64,000 nucleotides of DNA. Source: an uncultured Gemmatimonadales bacterium. GTDB taxonomy: Bacteria; Gemmatimonadota; Gemmatimonadetes; Longimicrobiales; Longimicrobiaceae. This document shows, piece after piece, positions 58,422 through 64,000 of this stretch. The stretch spans positions 7,488,001 through 7,552,000 of the forward strand of contig OY970303.1 in the NCBI GenBank assembly GCA_963716255.1, written 5' to 3'. The position numbers were made by a program, and so were the translations under genes. The number at the start of each line of letters is the position of its first letter. The stretch's first letter is position 1. A model generated the notes under the pieces. It made no database searches. It was not told where the DNA came from and worked only from the letters and a program-made list of their open reading frames with translations.

Positions 58422-59939
58422 TCAGGCGCTCTCCGCCAGCGCCGGCGCCGGGGCGCGGCGCGGGTGAGCGGGGACGGACGGGGGGCGGATCTCCTCGTGG
58501 TAGTCGAAGTCCGTGTTCACCGCCCACACGTCGTGCTCCGCTCCCTGCAGGTTCCACACGGTCATCATGGCCGTGAGCATGGAGTGGTCCTGGTTGTTGT
58601 ACTTGTGCATCCCGTTGCGCCCGATCAGGTGCAGGTTGGGGATGGGGTCCAGGTGGGCGCGCACGGCGTCCAGGTGCTCCCGGTAGGCCGCGTCGTACAC
58701 GGGGTACGCCTTGGGAACGCGCACCACCGTGCCGTCGCGCACCCGCTCCGGGTCCGCCAGCCCCAGCGCCGCGAGCTCGCGAGTCGCCAGCGCAACCAGT
58801 TCCTCGTCGGGGGCGGTCCACAGGCCGTCGCCCTCGAAGCAGAAGTACTCCAGCCCCAGGCAGGTGCGGCCCTCGTCCGGGACCATCGCCGGGCTCCAGT
58901 TGCGGAAGTTCTGGATGCGCCCCACCCGCACCCCCGGCGAGTGCACGTAGATCCAGTTGTCGGGGAAGGGGTCCGCCTGGTCCAGGATCAGCGCCACCAC
59001 CAGGAAGTCGCGGTAGGCCAGCCCCTCCGCGGCCGCGGCCACCGGCGCCGGCGGGGCGGGGCGCAGCGCGCGCGCCAGCGAGCGGACGGGCATGGTGGAC
59101 ACGAAGTGCTCCCCCTCGATCCGCCGCGTCCCCTCCGGCGTCTCCGCCTCCACGGCCACCACGCGCCCGCCCTCCACGTGAAGCCCGCGCACCTTGTGCC
59201 GCATCAGCACCTCGCCCCCCATCTCCACCACCCGGTCGCGGAACGCCTCCCACATCTGCCCCGGGCCCAGGCGGGGGTACTGGAACTCGTGGATCAGCGT
59301 GCGGATGTCCGCGGAGCGCCGGGTCAGCGAGGTGGCGGAAAGGATGGCGCTCCACAGCGAAAGGTTCTGGATCCGCTGCGCGGCCCACTCCGCCGAGATC
59401 TCGGTGCAGGGCATGCCCCACACCTTTTCCGTGTACGTCCTGAAGAAGATCTCGTACAGCCGGCGGCCGAAGCGGTTGGAGACCCACTGCTCCAGGTTGG
59501 TTTCCACCGGCTCGGGGGAGATGCGGCTGCGCAGGTAGCTGGCGACCACCCGCAGGCTGTTCCACACGCCCAATCCCTCCAGGGCGTTGCGAGCTTTCAG
59601 CGGGTAGTCGAAGTACTTGCCGTCGTAGAAGATGCGCGACAGCCGCGGGACCGAGATGAACTCCGGGCCCAGGACCTCCTGCCACAGCGCCTCCACCGGC
59701 TCGTACTTGGTGAAGAAGCGGTGCCCGCCGATGTCGAAGCGGTACCCCTCGTACTGCACCGTGCGCGACAGCCCCCCCACCACCTCGTCCGCCTCCAGCA
59801 CCGTCACGAGGATCCCTTCGCGGGCCAGGAGGTAGGCTGCCGTCAACCCGCCGGGACCGGCACCGATGATGACGACCCGGTCGCCCGGGGCGAGCCGGTC
59901 CATGCTGCGGGGTGCTGCTGCGGCGGTCGAGGATGACAT
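58422..59939 (-). CDS. FAD-dependent oxidoreductase (protoporphyrinogen oxidase / UDP-galactopyranose mutase-like)
   Basis: [54 protein letters not shown]. Confidence 0.88.
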   Translation of the reverse strand: MSSSTAAAAPRSMDRLAPGDRVVIIGAGPGGLTAAYLLAREGILVTVLEADEVVGGLSRTVQYEGYRFDIGGHRFFTKYEPVEALWQEVLGPEFISVPRLSRIFYDGKYFDYPLKARNALEGLGVWNSLRVVASYLRSRISPEPVETNLEQWVSNRFGRRLYEIFFRTYTEKVWGMPCTEISAEWAAQRIQNLSLWSAILSATSLTRRSADIRTLIHEFQYPRLGPGQMWEAFRDRVVEMGGEVLMRHKVRGLHVEGGRVVAVEAETPEGTRRIEGEHFVSTMPVRSLARALRPAPPAPVAAAAEGLAYRDFLVVALILDQADPFPDNWIYVHSPGVRVGRIQNFRNWSPAMVPDEGRTCLGLEYFCFEGDGLWTAPDEELVALATRELAALGLADPERVRDGTVVRVPKAYPVYDAAYREHLDAVRAHLDPIPNLHLIGRNGMHKYNNQDHSMLTAMMTVWNLQGAEHDVWAVNTDFDYHEEIRPPSVPAHPRRAPAPALAESA

Positions 59940-60424
59940 TCGTTTGCTTCGAGTGCGTTTCGTGTAGGCAGGTACTGCCGGGTCGCGGGGCCTTCCCCCT
60001 CCGCCCGGGGCTCCGGGCGCAGCCCGGCCGGCGGCGCGCTCTCCGGGAGGGGGGCGAGCGCGCCGTGGAAGCGGAGGAGGTGGATGAGACGTTCGGGGAG
60101 CGCCGGGTCGTCGTCCGCCCCCAGCAGCACCACGTCGCCATTGGCGGCGGCCATGCCGGCGACGCGGAGCGCCCCGGCGGCCACGCCCGCGGCGGAGCGG
60201 AGGAAGAGTACCGCGGGGTGCTCTTCCTCCAGCGCGGGCGCGTCGTCCACCGGCCCGGCGCGGACGACCACGGTCTGCACCGCGTGCGCGGCGCACAGCG
60301 GGAGCAACGCGGCGAGCATCCCGCGGAGTGCTTCCGCGTCTCCGCGCGAGGTCACCACCAGGGAAAAGGCGGGAGTATCCGCCGGGTGCCCCGGGCGGGA
60401 ATGCGTCGACCTGTCCGCGCTCAT
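59843..60424 (-). CDS. Short GT2-like (GT-A N-terminal half) protein, possibly degenerate
   Basis: [28 protein letters not shown]; the tail overlaps the next gene by ~97 nt. Confidence 0.5.
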   Translation of the reverse strand: MSADRSTHSRPGHPADTPAFSLVVTSRGDAEALRGMLAALLPLCAAHAVQTVVVRAGPVDDAPALEEEHPAVLFLRSAAGVAAGALRVAGMAAANGDVVLLGADDDPALPERLIHLLRFHGALAPLPESAPPAGLRPEPRAEGEGPATRQYLPTRNALEANECHPRPPQQHPAAWTGSPRATGSSSSVPVPAG

Positions 60425-60693
60425 CATCACCATCGTCCAGGAACCTTGCGGGCAAGCCGAGAGGGGCGGGCCGTGTAGTCACCGGCCAGCCCGGAACAAA
60501 CGTTGCTCGCCGACGTGGACGGACGTGGGAAGTTCCGTGCCGCGTCCGGGGCATGGCACATTACAAGACGCGCCGTGCCAAGCGCTTGGGAGCGGCAAGG
60601 CTTTTCCCTGCCGGGCCGAGCCGGGAACGGGGCAGGAGGTGTTGCGCCAGCGCAACAGAATGTGCGGATCCCCTGTCCCCACGGTGCCCCGGA

Positions 60694-62256
60694 TCAGCGT
60701 CGGGGTGTGCGGCGATCTGTCGCCCGCGCGAACGGGCGGGGAGGAGGCGGGAGGATGCGGAACAGCTGGTACTCGCGGTTGGCGTACACCCGCCGGAAGC
60801 GCATCGGGCTGCCCTCCACCAGCGGGCGCAGCTTGTCGGCGCCGGCACGGACGACGACGTAGCCGATCCCCGCCCGCTCCATGAACGCCAGCGTGACCCT
60901 GTCCGGGGTCTCGCGCCGCGGGGGCGGCGTGGCCGCGCGCCGCGCGTACAGGGCGAGAGCGCGCGGGCGGACGGCCATGAAGCGGGCGCCGGCGGGCGTG
61001 TGCCCGCGGAGGTGGCGGTACAGCGCCATCGCCTCCGCACCGACCCGGCCGTCCCCCGGGGGCGCGGCGGCCAGCGCGGCGTAGCGCCCGGCGAGCGTCG
61101 CGGCCATGGCCAGCGCGGCCAGCGCCACGGCGGCGCGGGCGGGGCGCGCGCCGGCCCTCCACGCCCGGCGCGCGCCCAGCACGCCGTACAGCACGTACAG
61201 CGGGAGCACGGGGAGGAAGTAGCGTGGGTCCGCCGCCGGCCACAGCAGCACCGCGCACAGGTAGGCGACGAAGAACACCTCGTGCGCGGAGGGCCTGCGC
61301 AGGCGCGGGGCGAGCCCAAGCGCCGCAAGGAGCATCGTTCCGAGCGCCACCGCCTTGGCCCCCCCATCCCAGTACCCGTTCGCCCACAGCGTCGCCAGGG
61401 CGTACCCGGCGCCCCGCGCGCGTTCCGGCCCCGGCAGCAGGGCCGAAGTCCCGTACACTTCCGCCAGGCCGCGAAGCTGGCTCACGTACGCCGAGCCGGC
61501 GGGCGTGAGCGCCAGCAGCGCGGCGAGCAGCGTCGCGCCCGCCGCGCCGCCGGCCAGCAGGGCGAGCCCGGGCCGCCGAGCGCGCAGCAGCAGGGCGACG
61601 GCCAGCGCGGGCACCAGCACCACTCCGATGCTGCGGGTGGCGACGGCGGCGGCGACGGCCGCCACGGCCGCCGCGCACCAGGCCGCGCGCTCCGCCGGCC
61701 GCAAATCAGCCGCCGCGGCGCGCTCCCCCAGCGCCAGCGCCAGCAGGCACAACGAGGTGAAGGGGAGGTCGGGGAGCAGGTCGTCCCGGAAGGTCCACAC
61801 GAACGGGTGAAGCCCGGCCAGGACCACTACGCCCGCGGCGGCGGCCGGGGACAGATCCCGGCGGGCGAGGCGCGCCAGCAGGAGGAGCGTCCCGGCCAGC
61901 CCCAGGACCACCACCCCCTTCAGGGCGCGGAAGTCCAGCCCCGCCGCGGCGTAGACCGGTGCCAGGAGGAGCGAAAAGCCCGGCGGGTACCGCTGCGGGC
62001 TGAACCATGGGTTGAGCGGGTTCACCAGGAACCCCGTGTCCGCGTACGGGCGCCCTTCCGCCAGGCCGCGGGCGTGCAGCAGGTACAGCGCCCAGTCGTC
62101 GCCGTAGGTGGGGCCCGGCCCGTCCCCCAGCGCCGCCGCGTGGAGCAGCGCCACCAGCACGGCCGCGGCGGGCGCGGCCCACCGGGCGGCCCGCCCGCGC
62201 CCCGGCCCGCCCGCGCCGTGCGCGGGGTCGTGCGTCGCCCGGGGTGCGGGGTGCAT
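60694..62256 (-). CDS. Polytopic membrane GT-C (ArnT/PMT-like) glycosyltransferase
   Basis: GDDWALY..ARGLAEG, YPPGFSLLLAP, LLPDLPF, PRYFLPVLP; many TM segments. Confidence 0.75.
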   Translation of the reverse strand: MHPAPRATHDPAHGAGGPGRGRAARWAAPAAAVLVALLHAAALGDGPGPTYGDDWALYLLHARGLAEGRPYADTGFLVNPLNPWFSPQRYPPGFSLLLAPVYAAAGLDFRALKGVVVLGLAGTLLLLARLARRDLSPAAAAGVVVLAGLHPFVWTFRDDLLPDLPFTSLCLLALALGERAAAADLRPAERAAWCAAAVAAVAAAVATRSIGVVLVPALAVALLLRARRPGLALLAGGAAGATLLAALLALTPAGSAYVSQLRGLAEVYGTSALLPGPERARGAGYALATLWANGYWDGGAKAVALGTMLLAALGLAPRLRRPSAHEVFFVAYLCAVLLWPAADPRYFLPVLPLYVLYGVLGARRAWRAGARPARAAVALAALAMAATLAGRYAALAAAPPGDGRVGAEAMALYRHLRGHTPAGARFMAVRPRALALYARRAATPPPRRETPDRVTLAFMERAGIGYVVVRAGADKLRPLVEGSPMRFRRVYANREYQLFRILPPPPRPFARATDRRTPRR

Positions 62257-62450
62257 GCGGCGGGTGGGCTCCGGGAGATGGGACGGGGCGCGCGGGTCCG
62301 GCGGGCGCCCTCAACAATCGGTCCACGGCCCGGCCGCGGCAAGTCGGGGCGGGGGCGGCCGCGGCGGCACTCTTTCCTCCTCGCCGGTGTATGCGCCGGG
62401 TCCGTGCGCCGGCCGTTCCGGCGCCGCCAGGCACCGCCTCCGCCACGCAG

Positions 62451-62771
62451 ATGAAGCACGATCCCACCGAGCTGCAGGACCTGAGCGCCGCCCGCGCCGA
62501 CGAGCGCGGCGTGGGCGCGCGCGCCGGCGTGTTCCTCCTGGAGGGCCGCTACCACGTGGCAAGCCACCGCTCCCGCGCCGAGCGCCGCCTCCTGGAGCTG
62601 GGCGCCATGCTCGTCGCCACCCTGGTGTTCGAGCCCGCCGAGGCCCGGCGCGCCGTGTCCGGCGGGGCAGGGCGGCCGTACGCCTTTTCCGCGCCCCCCG
62701 TGCCCGTGCTCACCCCGCTGCGCCCCGCCCGGGCGGTGTACGCGCTGGGCACCCGGCCCAGCCCCAACTGA
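62451..62771 (+). CDS. Hypothetical protein
   Basis: 106-aa ORF with GC-skewed third positions and normal composition; no recognisable motif. Confidence 0.5.
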   Translation: MKHDPTELQDLSAARADERGVGARAGVFLLEGRYHVASHRSRAERRLLELGAMLVATLVFEPAEARRAVSGGAGRPYAFSAPPVPVLTPLRPARAVYALGTRPSPN

Positions 62772-62890
62772 CCCCATCGGCGCGGTGCGTCCCGCGCCGG
62801 ACGCGCCCGTACTTGACGGAACGGCTGTCCGGGTGCAGGTTCTAGCGCTGCTCCCACGGACCGTGATCGTTCGCCCCGGCCCACTCCGGC

Positions 62891-63250
62891 ATGCACCGTC
62901 TCTGGCCCCTGCTGCTGCTCCTCCTGCTCCAGCCCCGGTCGGCTGCGGCAGAGGTGCTGTCGTACGGGTACATGGCGTACGTGGAGCCGGTGGTGTCGAC
63001 GCCCGCGGCGCCGCCCAGCCCCCGGTACCCCATGCGCCGGGCGGACGACGTGGAGCGGGGGACCTCCGTGTACTGCCACGGCGAGCGCTCCGACCGCGTG
63101 CCGCCGGAGGCCACGTCGCGCCCCGGCCCGCGCCTCCGCGCGCCGCAGCCGGCGCGGCTCGTCCGCGCGTACGCCGGGCACGACGCCCGGCCCTGCTCGC
63201 CCCATTGTGAGCGCCTTCCCTACCACGCGACCGCCCCGCCCCTCACGTAG
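62891..63250 (+). CDS. Hypothetical small exported protein
   Basis: Signal peptide MHRLWPLLLLLLLQPRSAAA; Pro-rich linker; ends ERLPYHATAPPLT. Confidence 0.55.
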   Translation: MHRLWPLLLLLLLQPRSAAAEVLSYGYMAYVEPVVSTPAAPPSPRYPMRRADDVERGTSVYCHGERSDRVPPEATSRPGPRLRAPQPARLVRAYAGHDARPCSPHCERLPYHATAPPLT

Positions 63251-63462
63251 CTCCCAGCCCTGCATCGCCGGGGTTGCGGCGGCCCGGGCACGTGGATCCG
63301 CCCACGGCCGCGCACGAGCCCCCGAACGACCCGCCTTGTTCCGCGGCGGCGCCCGTGGTAGTCTCCTGCCCCGGCGCCCGTAATCCCACGCCGCACCGTG
63401 CGGCCGACCGCGGCCGGCTTCCGGCCGGCACGCGCCCACCTACATCATCCGTGAGGGACGTT

Positions 63463-64000
63463 GTGAACCTATTCGCACGGAAGTCCATCGACGAGCTGCA
63501 GGCCGACGCGACGGCGGAAGGCGAGCACAGCCTGAAGCGCGAGCTCGGCCCGCTCAACCTGGTCTCCCTGGGCATCGGGGCCATCATCGGGACCGGCATC
63601 TTCGTGCTGACGGGGACGGCGGCGGCGCAGCACGCCGGCCCCGCCATCGTGTTCGCGTTCATCCTGGCAGGGCTCGGCTGCGTGTTCGCGGGGCTCTGCT
63701 ACGCGGAGTTCGCCGCCATGATCCCCATCGCGGGGTCGGCCTACACCTACGGCTACGCCACCCTGGGCGAGCTGATGGCGTGGATCATCGGGTGGGACCT
63801 GATCCTGGAGTACCTGTTCGGCGCCGCGACGGTGGCGGCCGGATGGTCGGGATACGTGAACTCCTTCCTGCAGGACATCGGCATCCGCATCCCGCCGGCG
63901 TTCACCAACGCGCCCGGCGCGCTGGTGCAGCCCCCCGGCACGGAGACCTGGGTGCGCCGCACCGAGGACCTGGCCGCCTCGCTTGCCAAGCAGGGGATCA
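63463..64000 (+). CDS. APC-family amino-acid permease, 3'-truncated by the window
   Basis: GAGGGA RBS, GTG start; LKRELG..LGIGAIIGTGIFVLTG, AGPA, LCYAEFAAMIPIAGSAYTY, WIIGWDLILEY. Absent from the ORF track because no stop lies in the window. Confidence 0.93.
   Translation, partial: MNLFARKSIDELQADATAEGEHSLKRELGPLNLVSLGIGAIIGTGIFVLTGTAAAQHAGPAIVFAFILAGLGCVFAGLCYAEFAAMIPIAGSAYTYGYATLGELMAWIIGWDLILEYLFGAATVAAGWSGYVNSFLQDIGIRIPPAFTNAPGALVQPPGTETWVRRTEDLAASLAKQGI

Noticed and set aside
60563..60581. Sigma54 promoter (TGGCACG on the minus strand)
   Set aside because: The -12 TTGC element is missing at the required spacing.
63251..63462. Amino-acid riboswitch or T-box ahead of the permease
   Set aside because: No recognisable lysine, glycine, SAM or T-box consensus.

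Overview
Very GC-rich bacterial DNA. Gene content (PAS/GAF kinase, 6-bladed beta-propeller lipoprotein, large NRPS, DPP-IV) is reminiscent of Gemmatimonadota/Longimicrobia, which is an inference only. From left to right: the 3' end of an NRPS ending A-PCP-TE; a GNAT; a PAS/GAF histidine kinase; a lower-GC cassette (HExxH peptidase-like, PDZ protein, tiny secreted peptide, AraC, beta-propeller); a type II thioesterase, a C-A-PCP NRPS and a 5641-aa five-module NRPS with an embedded N-methyltransferase; an Xre/RES toxin-antitoxin pair; DPP-IV, a YdjM-like hydrolase and solA; a catalase-like/LodA fusion with its LodB-like flavoprotein; glpX; a minus-strand wzm/wzt polysaccharide cluster with amino-sugar tailoring genes; and the start of an amino-acid permease. 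The most striking unannotated signal is a dispersed ~130-bp multi-hairpin element (A, 11 copies) whose stems covary strongly between copies. It is often joined to a ~150-bp palindromic partner (B). A complete B+A copy sits in frame inside an NRPS adenylation domain, and decayed remnants occupy the same loop in three further A domains. No transposase, CRISPR array, tRNA or rRNA was seen.
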